Assembly: GCF_004010195.1 (NCBI RefSeq)
Contig: NC_057718.1
Span: 31,233,622 to 31,297,621 of the forward strand
DNA length: 64,000 bases
DNA from: Chiloscyllium plagiosum
Taxonomy: Eukaryota
Direction: 5' to 3'
The notes beneath the pieces are model-generated. The model did not search any database and had not been told where the DNA came from. It was given only the letters and a program-made list of their open reading frames with translations. This document shows, one piece after another, positions 49,949 to 62,461 of this stretch; position 1 is the first letter of the stretch; each line of letters begins with the position of its first letter. The translations under genes and the position numbers were made by a program.

Positions 49949-52900
49949 ATTTAAAAAAACTTTCCAAACATCTCTGGATTTAGGCCCGGGGTCAGCCTCA
50001 CAGCCAACCAATCCTGTCTGCCCATCAGTGAGATCAGTGACTTGCTGATGGATATATGTACATAGTGCTGGAAGTAAGACTGATCAATCAATCAATGTCT
50101 TGTCACCAGCTACTTCGGCAGATGTGATGACAGTGCAACTGGATCATACCCTAATTTGGCCACAATCTAATATTGAAGCTGTTATGTACTTGCTAACTTG
50201 TTTTATTGTTTCAGGAAATGATCTACCAGTCTTTAACTCTTAACACAACAGTTCTGTCTATCTCTCTCCCTTACTGAGATGAAACCTCTTTATTACCAAA
50301 TAATTTAAGCACACCTCCTACTGTAACAAACAGACATTTTCCTGGTCCTAGCTGAACTTCAGTCATGTTCAGTAAAGAACCTCAAGTTTTCATAAAATTA
50401 AATTGTGATTAAAGAAGCTACTTTAATAGCCTCCATATTTGTATTAATAATGTTTGATGTATTTGGTTATGACTTTTCCTTCCTTTTGAGATTTGTGACA
50501 AGTCCCAGGTCTCTCAATAGATTTCTGATAGTAGCATAATGAGCTTGAGAAAACCAAAGATTTATGTTTCCAACTCAGCTTTGATTAGTTAGCAATGGTA
50601 ATATAAATTATAAATACTCATATATATTAAAGATCCCTAAACTTGCTTAATTAAATCTTGTAAATAACTTGAAGTTTTTCTACATTAGTTAGTTTCACTG
50701 AGTTCTGTTTGTTAAGATGAAACCTGACATTTCCTAACATTGTTGCAAAAATCTTTTACGTGAACATACATCAATGATAGAGATGCTATTTACCAATTAA
50801 CTAACCACGGCAACTTGTAGATTGACATTTTGGATTTCTCTCATTCCCTTTGTGAAATGCTGGAGCTTTCTTTCTCAAATTCAAGTGAAAAATAAATCTA
50901 TCAAATAATAATTTGAAATTCCAGCTTCTTATTTGGAAGAACTCATTTTTCAAATTTGTTCGGAAAGCATGTAGGATCCAGTGCAATGCTTGTTTTGGGA
51001 GGCAAGTATGAGAACTGACTGACTTTTTAGCATTTCGCAAGTTGCATCCATATGGCAGTCCATGTCTTGAGACTAAAAAATGACTGTAAATAGCACACGA
51101 TAAGCCCAGTAGAAATTTATTACCTCAGTATTTTAGTGTTTTCTGAACCCTATTTTTACTATTCTTTAGGGTATTTTTGAACTGAAAGTGCCAGATGGGC
51201 AACCTTTACACAGTGAATTTCCTCACAGTTTATTTGCTTTAATGGTTCAGAAATGCTGTTACCAGCCTTTTTAATGAAGAAAGTTAAATTTTGACAGTTT
51301 CCTTTGTCCTTATGCCTTTCAAATGCTTTGCCAAAGTTTCTTTCAAGCTGTTGTCACATTCACCTACGAGTTGCCACTGGCTTCATTTCCAAAATTTAAA
51401 GCAAGAATTGGTGGAAAAAGACTTCGTGAATTTCTGAGGACTATACATATCTGCTGTGCCAGGAGCAAGCTATATTCATTTTAACGCAGTAGATGCAAGA
51501 ATGATGTATTAAAGAGAAAAGTGAGGAGATTTGATAGAGAAAAGGAGGTAATCATATTTCAGAAAAAAAAGTCTGCAGGTATGTAATACATTTTTAAGCA
51601 TGTTTTGTTTATCTGTCAGAACACATACTTGCTTCTGGTTGTTTCACATAAAGTTGGAAAATTAACAGATTTTCTAAACCTGCCCATCCTGCATTCTCAT
51701 CCAATATCAGAAGCAGATTTTATCATGCTTATTCTAAGTGCCACCTGAGGACAAGAACCACACGAAGTGGTTGGATCCATATGCCATACAGAAGGATCTT
51801 GGGCCTGAGGAAACCCTCAGTTCATGGCAACTGGATGCTAGCTAATAACTGCCTTTCTGGAGGGTGACCTGATTTACACCTCACATTTTACTTGCATGGG
51901 CAGTCATAGGCTTTGCAATGTGCTGCTGTTCTGAGGGATGGCAGTGTCATGTCTTTCTGGCTTGTCTGCTCCTCACCAATCTCTTCACTATCATCTTGCT
52001 CCAGTGACCAAAACTTCTGTGGTGGATCTCCAGAAAGAGAATGTAAATGGCAAGAAAGGGTGAGCAGCACCCACCTGGGATTAAGAATATATGGAAGAGC
52101 CAGAATATTATGATTGTGTGATGCTTCACAGGGTGACACTGCATTTCTCCATCAGTGACCAGACGCCATTGAAAAATGCTGAGCTTACTATCTTCCATGT
52201 GAAGAACTGGATGCCATCAAAATCTGCATGTACTTTTGCTTTGAGTGGGTGAGGAGTTTAAAGGTGAGAATCCCTTTGTTGGCCTACTTTTGATTAATAT
52301 TGTCTGGTAAATTTTCCTTTGAGTCTAAATGACTAATTGCTTTCTTTTTTTCATTCATGGGATGCTTTCATCATTGTCAAGGTCAGTGTTTGTTGCCAAA
52401 CCTTAATTAATCCAGAGAAGATTGTGGTCAGCTGCCTTCTTGAACCATTGTATATCTTGTGATTTGGGGGTAACAACTGGGGAACACGTACCATGTAGCA
52501 TGAAGAGATGAAGTTATAGATATTGGGGTTATGAGGATGTTAAAGTGTAGCAAGGGATTTCAAGATTCTGGAGCTCTTTAGCCATTGAATAAGAAAAGGA
52601 ATTGAAGATGTCCTTAATCACAGACCATTGAAAATAACTTTTCGTGGTAGTGTTGCTTTTAGAAAAAGAAGATTGTGCTGATGCTGACGTTCTTCCACGG
52701 GGAGAAAAGAAAGATGTATCATGAGGACGTGCAGACCTGGTCTTTGATAATTCTGAGTAATGTATTGGTGGAAATCACATCTGAGAGATTTTTTAACCTG
52801 CCTTCAATGTTCTCCAGCAGCAAGATTAAACTTTCCCTCTGATCATCCCTATGTTCCCATTAGCTGAGTTAAATCAAGATCTCACCATGTGGAATGAAAA

Positions 52901-54344
52901 CAAGCTACATTTTATTAATTTTAGTGTTGTGAATAGTGGGAAACTCTGAAGGTGATACTTGTGATCAGTAAGACAAAAGCGATTGCCAAAACCTATTTTA
53001 AGATATGGACATGATTTCTACTCTATTTTGGATATACAGAACGTATATGTAATTGCTAATGCAATCATTATTTTATGCTAAGGTTTATGATTTTTCTATG
53101 CCTAGGCGCTCAAGCTGTTCTCCAGTGAGGGAACTACTTTATTTATAAAGTGACGTATATCTAATTGGAGTAAAGTTACAAGCAAATTTAAATTCTGATC
53201 TCAGATGCTTGGAACTATGCTTTAAAGCTTTTTATGTCAATGAGGTAGCAGTCAAAATGTATGCTGACTATTGCTCATTTTGCATTATTTTACCTCACAT
53301 AAATTATTCTAAATTTTGAGATAAACTGTTGAGAATGTCAAACTGCAAATAAATGGATTAGGTTTTAAGTAGTAAAAGGTTTTTTTTCTCGGTAGGGTGG
53401 GTAATTGGAAATCTCCTACTATTGTTTTTAAATTTCCATCATTTAGTTAAGAAAATAGTCTCCAGTGTAATTGGAAGGTCCAGTCTTTTTGCAATTATAG
53501 GTCTGAGGTTTAATGAACTCAGTCAGAACCAATAAATGATAGCTAAATGAATTTTATACCATCTTAAAACACCAACTGGAAGTACTTCACTAAGTTATGT
53601 GGATCACACTAGTGTTTTGCAGGGATTTGTCAGATCCACTATAGCTCTGAGGCTTGTTTTTGAATTCTGACATTGATTCAGAAGCTCTTGGACATGGTTG
53701 TCACCAGGTTAAGTAAAAGAGTTGCTCTAAAATAATGTAAACTATGAAGAAGATAAGTATGGAAAATAGAACAAATAGAACCTATATTGAGAAATGAAGC
53801 CATTAGAGACCTGCAGAATAAAAATAATCACATACACTTACAAAATACTTTTAGTGTAGTTAAAAGTCTCAAGATACTTGACAGAAGTGTAATCAAGCAA
53901 AATGTGACAATTATCTCCTATTTGGACAGCTTACTGAAACTCTTTTTTTGAAGAGCATCTTAAAGAAGGGAAGAGAAGTTAAGGGAGAAAGACTTAAGGA
54001 ACTTTGAGAACTAAAATTCCATGTCATTGAAGGCAGAGGGGATATCAGTGGTGAAGTGTAGAAAATTGAAAATAAATAAGAGATCAAAATTGGTGGAATG
54101 CAGACTTCGAGGAGTTGTAGGGTTGGGAGAGGTTAAAGAGATCAAAAGAGGTGTGGCTCTGGAGAGATATGGAAACAAAGAAGAAAATGTTAAAAATTAA
54201 GGCATTATTATACAGAATGTCAAAGTTCAGAGTGCTGGATTGACTTGAAAATGAGAAAGACACCTAGTAAAAAGTGAAAAAGTAAAGATGCCTAGAGAAG
54301 CAGCCAGCTGGGAATGCAGGGTTTGAGATATAAAAATGGACTGG

Positions 54345-54745
54345 AAAGTCTGGGATTCTTTTTCCCAAGATCTAGGAGGTTGAGGGGTGACCTTATTGAG
54401 GTTTATAAAATCATGAGAGACATAGATAAGGTGAATGAGAAGAGTTGTTCTCCCTAAGGTGGGCTGTTCAAGACTAGGGGATGTATTTCCAAGGTGAGAG
54501 GAGAAAGATTTAAAAAGGACTTGAGGGGCTTTTTTTTACACAGAAAGTGGTTCGTGTGTGCCAGAGAAAGTAGTGGATACAGATACAATTACAACATTTA
54601 AAAGACATTTAGATAAGCTCATGAACAGAAAAGGTTTAATGGGATATGGGGCAAGAACAGGTAGGTTTTGGAACATGGTCAGTGTGAATTGGTTGGACAG
54701 AGGGGTCTGTTTCCATGCTATATAACTGTGGATCTATAACTCTAA
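54345..54745 (+). mobile_element. HER1 LINE 3' fragment, older
   Basis: aggttgaggggtgaccttattgaggtttataaaatcatg...gggtctgtttccatgcta. Confidence 0.85.
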
Positions 54746-55034
54746 GTAAAAGTGTTCTTGTTACAGTGATTTGATTGTCAGGGAGCCCTGAAGGATGACT
54801 CGAGAATCATTTTGTGTCATTTTTTAAGCATGTCATCAAATAACATATGCTAGAATGGAGCAGAGTTTGTAAAAAGTGGAAAGACCACAACATTTCAATG
54901 AGATCATCTTTCAGTGTCTGTTCGATGAGATGCTGAAAAGGTAAGAGATACTCTCAGGGAAGTCCAACAGTCTGTAAGTGGGGTTCTATCAGAGAGGAAT
55001 CCAACTATATACTTAACCTAACATTACATATCTT

Positions 55035-55239
55035 TAAAATTCACACAACACCAGGTTATAGTCCAACAGGTTTAATTGGAAGCACACTAGCTTTCGGAGC
55101 GACGTTCCTTATCACCTGATGAAGGAGCGTCGCTTCGAAAGCTAGTGTGCTTCCAATTAAACCGGTTGGACTATAACCTGGTGTTGTGTGATTTTTAACT
55201 TTGTACACCCCAGTCCAACACTGGCATCTCTGAATCATG
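55035..55239 (+). mobile_element. PLE-derived fold-back mini-element (family B)
   Basis: ~78-bp inverted arms plus tail tttgtacaccccagtccaacactggcatctc; TSD attacatatctt at 55023-55034 and 55240-55251. Confidence 0.9.
55113..55147 (+). ncRNA. Minimal type I hammerhead ribozyme motif (family B), core intact
   Basis: CAC-CUGAUGA-A-GGAGC-GUC-GCUUC-GAAA-GC-UA-GUG: helix I CAC/GUG, helix III palindrome AGCU, predicted cleavage after A55144. Confidence 0.8.
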
Positions 55240-55520
55240 ATTACATATCTTAGTGGTCTCATCAGGTCTGATGTCCCACTTATTTAGGAATAGGGGATGT
55301 ATGGATCCATAGATTGGAAAATATTATTTCCTGTTAGCCCAACTTGCCAGGCATCTGTCCTCAAGTTTGCTTATTCCAGACATATCAGAAAAGGAGATTT
55401 CCACTGGGAAGCCTATTGCTTGTGTAAGGCAGGCTGGGAATGTGGGAAAATAAACAACTTGTGATTTTGGCAAAAGACTCAGTATGAAGTAAGAAGAAAA
55501 TGAAGGAAAATGAATAGAAG

Positions 55521-55521
<1 letters not shown>

Positions 55522-55547
<26 letters not shown>
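55522..55547. repeat. (AT)n microsatellite
   Basis: Direct reading. Confidence 0.95.
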
Positions 55548-55552
<5 letters not shown>

Positions 55553-58417
55553 TTAAATGTGAACTGTGCGCCATCCTTAGTCACTGATGCCATGCTACTT
55601 AGATGCTATTTCAAATGAACATTCTTATGTAGACCTACAGGATCTGATCTGTAGAACTGAAAAACAACAAAAGCAGCTCACCATTATTTAAGACGGATGT
55701 TTCTATGATTTGTATGATGATCCTGCTTAACAAAGATTGGATGGGAAACTGCTATCCACCCAGGCAGTATAATATCAAGCATTTGGTGGTGCAGTTGAGA
55801 AGAAAATCAGGCTAACTTTCCATTTTTGCCACATTGAAGTGAAATGGATGACCTCTGCATATTTATTAAAGTAAACTACCATATTCAGGCAATACATTTT
55901 GTTTTGTTCATCAATATTCTCTTAAAGCAAAAATAAAAGTAGTCTTGGATTGTTGAACTGTAAAATTGTACTCCAATCTCCACAAGTATTCTTACTCAAG
56001 AGTTCATCAGAGAGCATAGTTTGGAGTCTACAGGAGGCTTCTGAAAGAGCATAAGGCAGAACCAATTTAATGACATTGGCACACCTTTTCTTTAAAATGT
56101 GAACTACCACCTAGAAGGTTGTTCAAGGAGCAAAATTGTTATTATCTTTGTAGATTACACTGGCCTTGAGGGACCTGTTGACCAAAGAGTATGAATGCAA
56201 AAAGAAGAGGAGAACAATCTCGACAAAAATTCCAGAATAGTTTTATGATGCAGTTATTACCTTATTTTGCTGATGCATACGGGATGATACCATTATTACA
56301 GTTTACAATTCTATATAATTTATTATTTCTATTACGAATACTATGCAGTGTCAGCATGCACAACATACCAGTGAAAGATAAAAGGTTCTTTATTTCTTTT
56401 CCCTGATACTTCTGCTCTTTAAACTTTTTCCTGTTACCCTTTGTCTTTCCTGTTCAGTCACCTTACTTCCACAAAAGAGAGAAAAAAAGTCTGGACTAAG
56501 TTACCAAAAGATTCTTTGAAGTTTTGGAGTGAGCCATAAATAAAGTGGACACCTTTGGGAGCTACTCTTGCATTGTATGTGTACAAGCATTTTGTAGGCA
56601 GCTTGATTTGTAGCTGCCTGCATCCTATTTTCCAGGGAACTATAATTCTTCTCGGCAATAATAAATGAATGATCACTTTTCCTAAATTTAGATTATTTTA
56701 GTTAATTTAAAGAAAGCTTGTGTGAAATATTTTAAAATTGCATGTTCAAATATAGCCAAGGTATAGCACCTAACCATAGTCTTAAATCTATGACTAAACA
56801 ATTCAGCTTTGAGTAATTGCCACAAAGGCTCATAAAGAAATTTCAGATTTGGTTGTAAAGTTTGATAACATCATGACAAATGTACCATTTCATGGCTTGA
56901 AAGAGTGGAAATGTCAGTGGAGATATAAAGTTGAGTTATTGTTTCCAGTTTCAAAAGAACAGCAACAAGTACAAAAAAGCAATACGTGCTCTTTGTCCTT
57001 TTTTCCCCCCTTAGACACCTGCAGTCTTCTAATGTTTCACTGAGTCCTGCAAAATAAATGTGTAGCTTCAATCTCTTAATCCATGCGGCTCCAGAGACCA
57101 CTGTTACATGAGAACTTAAACTGATGATGCTGGGCGTCGCAGGGGCAGCTTAATCTTTTTTAATTCAAATCAACAGAGTCCCATGTGGCGCTAGGATGAT
57201 ACTCTATATGCTGCAATCAGACTGACCTAGACTTCTTGTGCTCTAAATGATTAATGAAACTGCCTCCTAGTTTGTTTCTATGGTGATTTGAAACTTAATA
57301 CTGCTTAGGAATCTGCCATTCACCCTGAATGAATCAAGACAGAGGTAGACAGGGACACGACTGTATGGGTCTTACAGTACATTCTGGATTATTAATGCTT
57401 CAGTAGGCTAGCCTTTGAAATAAAAGGTCTTTAAGTTGATATGAACTGAACAATATTTTAAACTACAAAGAATCCTGTTGGACTAAATCTTATAAGGAGC
57501 TCCATTGCAAAAGAACTACTGTAGGTCACATATTAGACCTACCTTTTATACATCATTCGCCTTTCTATGGGGAAGTACATATTATAGGAAATTGTGGTAA
57601 TGTGCAATGTTAGATATAGATCAATCAATGTTGCGGACTGTCAGGAATGAAAGTGTCTAAAATCATGGGAAAATGAACTAGCTTGAGAGTCATGTTGAAT
57701 AGAACTGTTAGAATGACAGTGACAGATAAAATGGTGTTTAACTTCTGTATCAAATTTCAACCTTATTAGTTTTATTTTTCACCAATTTTGTTTTCCTTCA
57801 CAGCATATGAAAAAGTGTATATCATTCCTATTCTTTTAAGTGCCGCTTGTAAAGATATTTGAACTTTTATCCTAATTGAAACAAGATCAGTTATTATGGT
57901 TGCTGTCAAAAACTGTATTCTTAAAGCTTAAATGTAAGTCTTGAATTCTTTTTTATTTGGAAATGTACATTACCAATATGAATAATAGGTATGAAAGATC
58001 CAAACATCCCATGAATCATTGATACCAAGCCTGCTGTGTTGCAACAAATTGCAAAATGCCACCAGTGATTCTTTGTTCCTTGCAATTGAGTGCCACATAA
58101 TTAATTTGAGCATTTGTTCAGATTTGTGAAATGTGTTGGACCTTATACTCTCAAACAATTTGTTATTGCAAACAAATGAGAGTACAAGTGTTGTTCAAAT
58201 GTTATTGTATTCAAAGACGAACTGAAATTAAAAACCATGTTCAATTAAATGCAAAACCAACATGAGTATCTGGTGTCTGACCAATACCAGTGATGCTAGA
58301 TGCTATCTATCACTTGCAGACAAAACCACACAAGGCAAACCAACAGAAATAATTATAGATTTTTATGTTTGTATTTAAGGCCCAATGTATTACTTTGCAT
58401 TAATGCTTTCATTTTCC

Positions 58418-58833
58418 AGTGTATGAGGAAAGGCTGAAAGCCGTGAGGCTGCTTTCATTAGTGAAAAAGTTTGACAGGTGACTTATTTGAGACATATAAG
58501 ATAATCAGAGGGTTAGGTGGAGTGGATAGTGAGAGCCTTTTTCCGCCGATGATGATGGCCAGCACGAGAGGACATAGCTTTAAATTGAGGGGTGATAGAT
58601 ATAGGACAGGTGTCAGAGGTAGTTTCTTTACTCAGAGAGTAGTAGGGACGTAGAACGCACTGCCTGCAATGGTAGTAGACTCACCGACTTTAAGGACATT
58701 TAATTGGTCATTGGATAAACATATGGATGAAAATGGAATAGTGTAGGATAGATGGGCTTCAGATTGGTTCCACAGGTCGGCGTAACATCGAGGGCCGAAG
58801 GGCCTGTACTGCATTATAATGTTCTATGTTCTA
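58418..58833 (+). mobile_element. HER1-like LINE 3' fragment (ttctatgttcta tail)
   Basis: ORF 58471-58653 GDLFETYKIIRGL..TRGHSFKLRG; same subfamily as 4835-5535. Confidence 0.9.
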
Positions 58834-58939
58834 CTCATAAATACTTGTTTTAAATTAATGGACAAGGCTTTCTTAACTTCTTTAGGAGGATTCTTAATGA
58901 TTCCATTCATTATAGTAGCTTGGAGCTATCTGTGTTAGA

Positions 58940-59385
58940 CAAACAGGAGGCTGGAAGAACACGGCAAGCCAGGCAGCATCAGGAGGTGGAGAAGTCAACA
59001 TTTTGGATACAACCCTTCTTCAGGACTAGATGTGGGGATGGGGAGCTACAGATAAGAGAACGGGGGATGGGATCGGGAGAGTAAGAGAATGATGAGGTCA
59101 TGACAGGTGAACACAGGTAGTGGGTACAATCTGGTTGGTTGTTGGGAGAGATGAATCCAATTGGTAGCTAGAAGGAAAGATTGGTAGGTAGAATGGAAAA
59201 GTGGAGGTGGGGCTGGAAAGAGAGGCGAGGGATGGGTGGGAAGGTTACTTGAAATTCAAGAACTCAATGTTATGTCCTCCTGGCTGTAGACTACCCAGGC
59301 AGAAGAGGAGGTGTAGTTCCTCCAATTTATGGCATGATTCACTGCGGCACGGGAGGAGGCCGAGGGTGCACATGTCAGAAGGGGT
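58940..59385 (-). mobile_element. Penelope-like element 3' fragment: GIY-YIG C-terminus, 3' UTR and decayed hammerhead
   Basis: Minus strand reads PSDMCTLGLLPCRSESCHKLEELHLLFCLGSLQPGGHNIEFLNFK*, then a pyrimidine tract, then agtc-ctgaaga-agggttgtatcc-aaaa-tgtt-gact (58993-59027). Confidence 0.85.
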
Positions 59386-60133
59386 CTTGAGACTACAAGG
59401 ATACAACAGGATATCCTCTCTTAAAATGTTTTATAAATAGTAATGTTCGAATAACCTTTTAATGTTCACTTGTAACAGTGTTGACCTCGGACTACTGCAC
59501 TGAGGCCCTGAAGTGGTCACCTAATGGCCACTTAACTCCTCATCTTACACCTGCTGCCATTTTACCCAGGGTAGTTGGAGGCTCATGCAGTGCGAATAGT
59601 CACGAATCTTTTGCCGTATGGTTTGGCACCAAGCAAGGCCATGTTCCACCTTTGCAAGGCTTGTGTGCCCATCAGAGTCACCTACCCAGTGATCATAAAC
59701 CTTTCTTTCTCTCCCCTCCTAGACACTGAAACCCAGACTTCCACCCTCCTTACTTCCCTCACTGATCCGGGTAAAATCCCAACTCACATCCTTTTATTGT
59801 CCTACTGGGGACTGTCTATAATACAAACAGTGGCCATTGATCCCATGTGATACTGCTGGGATCTCAGAGCTATCAGCCATCCAAATGACCAGAAGCTTTC
59901 TGATGCAAAACCTCCCAAAGTGGTAGCAATCCCACATCAAGGCTGTAATGGCCAATTGACAGTTGAATAACAATGGGACATCCATTCTTATTGTGGACAT
60001 GCTGCCCACTAACGTTTGAACTGAGATTGGGGGATATACAGGAGCATGACATCTTGTAATATCCAGTCCTCTGTTCCTATCCAGCAACTGCCTACATCAC
60101 ATAACCTATAAGACCAACTGTATCAACACCTTG

Positions 60134-60270
60134 CTGGAAATGTGTTGCTGGAAAAGCGCAGCAGGTCAGGCAGCATCCAGGGAACAGGAGAATCAACGTT
60201 TCGGGCATAAGCCCTTTCCAGCAACACATTTCCAGCTCTGATCTCCAGCATCTGCAGACCTCACTTTCTC
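60134..60270. mobile_element. PLE-derived fold-back mini-element (family A), hammerhead truncated
   Basis: Arms gctggaaatgtgttgctggaaa / tttccagcaacacatttccagc; 16-bp TSD ctgtatcaacaccttg at 60118-60133 and 60271-60286. Confidence 0.9.
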
Positions 60271-61002
60271 CTGTATCAACACCTTGGCTACTAATACAAG
60301 GAAAAGACTACTTACTCTATGATGAATGTCTCATCTTGTAATTACTCTCTGGCACTCCACCATTTACAATGACAATATTAATAATGCCAGAAAAATGCAA
60401 CACACTCTTCTGGGAACATTATACTTTGGCTGCATTCTTTTATTAGCACTAAGCCAAAATTCAGGATTATATTGAACTCAGTTTTGGAAGCATTATCAAC
60501 ACAGCTTTCTCAGGGAAACAATAGGCAATATTTTCTGCATCACTGACATCTCAAGAAGACCTTGTTATCATGCACTAGGTCAGCTACACAGTCACTTATT
60601 ACTGTCTGTTAATTGGACAGGTTAATGCAATTATATTAGACTTCATATAGCCAAAATAGAAATGATCAGGGACAGTATAGGGTCAACTGATCACCATCAA
60701 AACCTGCATTTAGGCAAAACATGGATTTATAGGATTTCTGTCCTATTAAAATTATGACCCATATTTTATTGTGGTTACCCAGGATATCTACCACTTGGTA
60801 TTTGTAATGCTTACTAAATCTCTTAGCATCTGACGGCCGGCATGGTTTGTGTTGTGGGCTAACAGACCCTCAGGCTGCTCAGGCCAACAGTAGTCAATCT
60901 TGCCAGAGAACAGTTATTTTATAAACTAAGTCCTATTGATTATTAGCAAAAGAAAACAAAAGTAATTATATTTGTCAGTTCAGAAGTGTGATGGCTTTTA
61001 GT

Positions 61003-61285
61003 TATTCATTCATGGGATGTGGGCATCAATGGATGGGCCAGCATTAATTGCTCATTCCTAGTTGCCTTGAGAAGATACAGTGAGCTGCCTCTTGAACTGC
61101 CATAGTCCATGTGCTGTAGTAGACCCATATTGCTGTTGGGGAGGAAATTCCAGGACTTTGACCCAGCAACACTGAAGGAATCGCAGTACATTTCCACATC
61201 ATCAGTGAACATCCCCACTCTGACCTTTTGATGGAGTGCATGAAGCAGTGATGAAGCAGCTGTAGATGTTTGGGCCTCGGACAAC
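61003..61285 (-). mobile_element. CR1/L2-class LINE 3' fragment (second family), internally deleted
   Basis: attcattcatgggatgtgggcatc tail; KVRVGMFTDD..SVAGSKSWNFLPN. Confidence 0.75.
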
Positions 61286-62007
61286 CTAGTTCAAATAAGA
61301 AAATAATGACATTATAAAGTTATATAAAAAGTTTGTACTTCTTAATTTCATTGGAAAGTATCTGCATGAATTCTGGTAGCTATTTCACTTAAATTAAGAT
61401 AATAAGAGCAAAAAATGAATACAAGATAATTAGGTCCTTATCATTTCAGCTGGCCCAATTAAAATATCAAACTTGATATGACCAATTGTGGCCCATGATC
61501 ATTTAGGTAGCTTTAATTATTTTTCCATTAGAGAAAGGACAGGAAAAAGAGAAACTAATTCAAATAAACTTTTTTATTAAGTGTAGAAGTTCTGATCTAG
61601 TCCAACCACCACACTTTGTGTCCAGCACACGTTTGACCAGTGAGACACAAGATTTGATGGAAATGTAACCTCTGTCATCTTGAAACAATACTGTTCATGT
61701 GCTGCTATTGATGGTTACTTCTTCATGAACAGCTCCTTCCAAACATTGACCACAATGTGAAGCCATTTTTCTCTCCTGGTTATGTTAAGAAGTACAGAAT
61801 AAATATTCCTTTGTTTGCCAGACATGGGAGGCTTGGGATGTCTGCTGAAGAACTTGGAAGGATTGATGATTGTCCATTCCTTGTTGACTCATTTTAAGTT
61901 GGGTCACTTAATCATGCTAGACTTCTAATTTTCCTTATAATATCAGTTTGAAATTGGGACATCTAAAAACAATTATGCAGCAGGAACCGTGCAGCAGGAA
62001 TAAATTT

Positions 62008-62043
62008 ATTCCTGATGAAGGGCTTTTGCCCGAAACGTCGATT
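62008..62043 (+). ncRNA. Minimal type I hammerhead ribozyme motif (family A), core intact
   Basis: CUGAUGA 62012-62018, A, GGGC-UUUU-GCCC, GAAA 62032-62035, CGUC; identical to 249-284. Confidence 0.75.
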
Positions 62044-62144
62044 TTGCCTGTCCTCGGATGCTGCCTGAATTGCTGTGCTCTTCCAGCACCACTACTGGAA
62101 GGTTGCCCTACTGATACTAGGGCCTCCGTGCCTGGTGCCAGAAG
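62008..62144 (+). mobile_element. PLE-derived mini-insertion (family A) with intact hammerhead
   Basis: 12-bp direct repeat aggaataaattt at 61996-62007 and 62145-62156 flanks the hammerhead, the PLE tail and ~50 bp of unrelated sequence. Confidence 0.75.
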
Positions 62145-62443
62145 AGGAATAAATTTCTTACCTCTCCTGCAAGACTTCTCAAAATGTTGGCACCCTCCAT
62201 TTTTAATTGGATGCACCTCTTTCTGTAGTGCTACAGAGTTGCCAGCTCTCTGGGCCAGCAGTGAGGTTTTACTGGCCCAAGTGGATTCAGTATCGATGTT
62301 TTGTCAAGACATACTCCCTGCTGGTAAAATTCCAATGATAGAAATGACAGTGCAGAAGCCAATCAGTCCATTGAACCAGTGCTAACATTTAATTGAACTA
62401 TAATTCTATTTTCAAGGTTTCAGCATGTACTATATATACATTG

Positions 62444-62461
62444 TGACCTGAGCTTAGGTCA
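62444..62461. promoter_or_regulatory. Candidate nuclear-receptor everted repeat (ER6)
   Basis: TGACCT-gagctt-AGGTCA, two perfect half-sites. Confidence 0.3.

Noticed and set aside
61948..62385. 145-aa ORF
   Set aside because: Read-through of the PLE mini-element (IPDEGLLPETS is the translated hammerhead) and adjacent repeat
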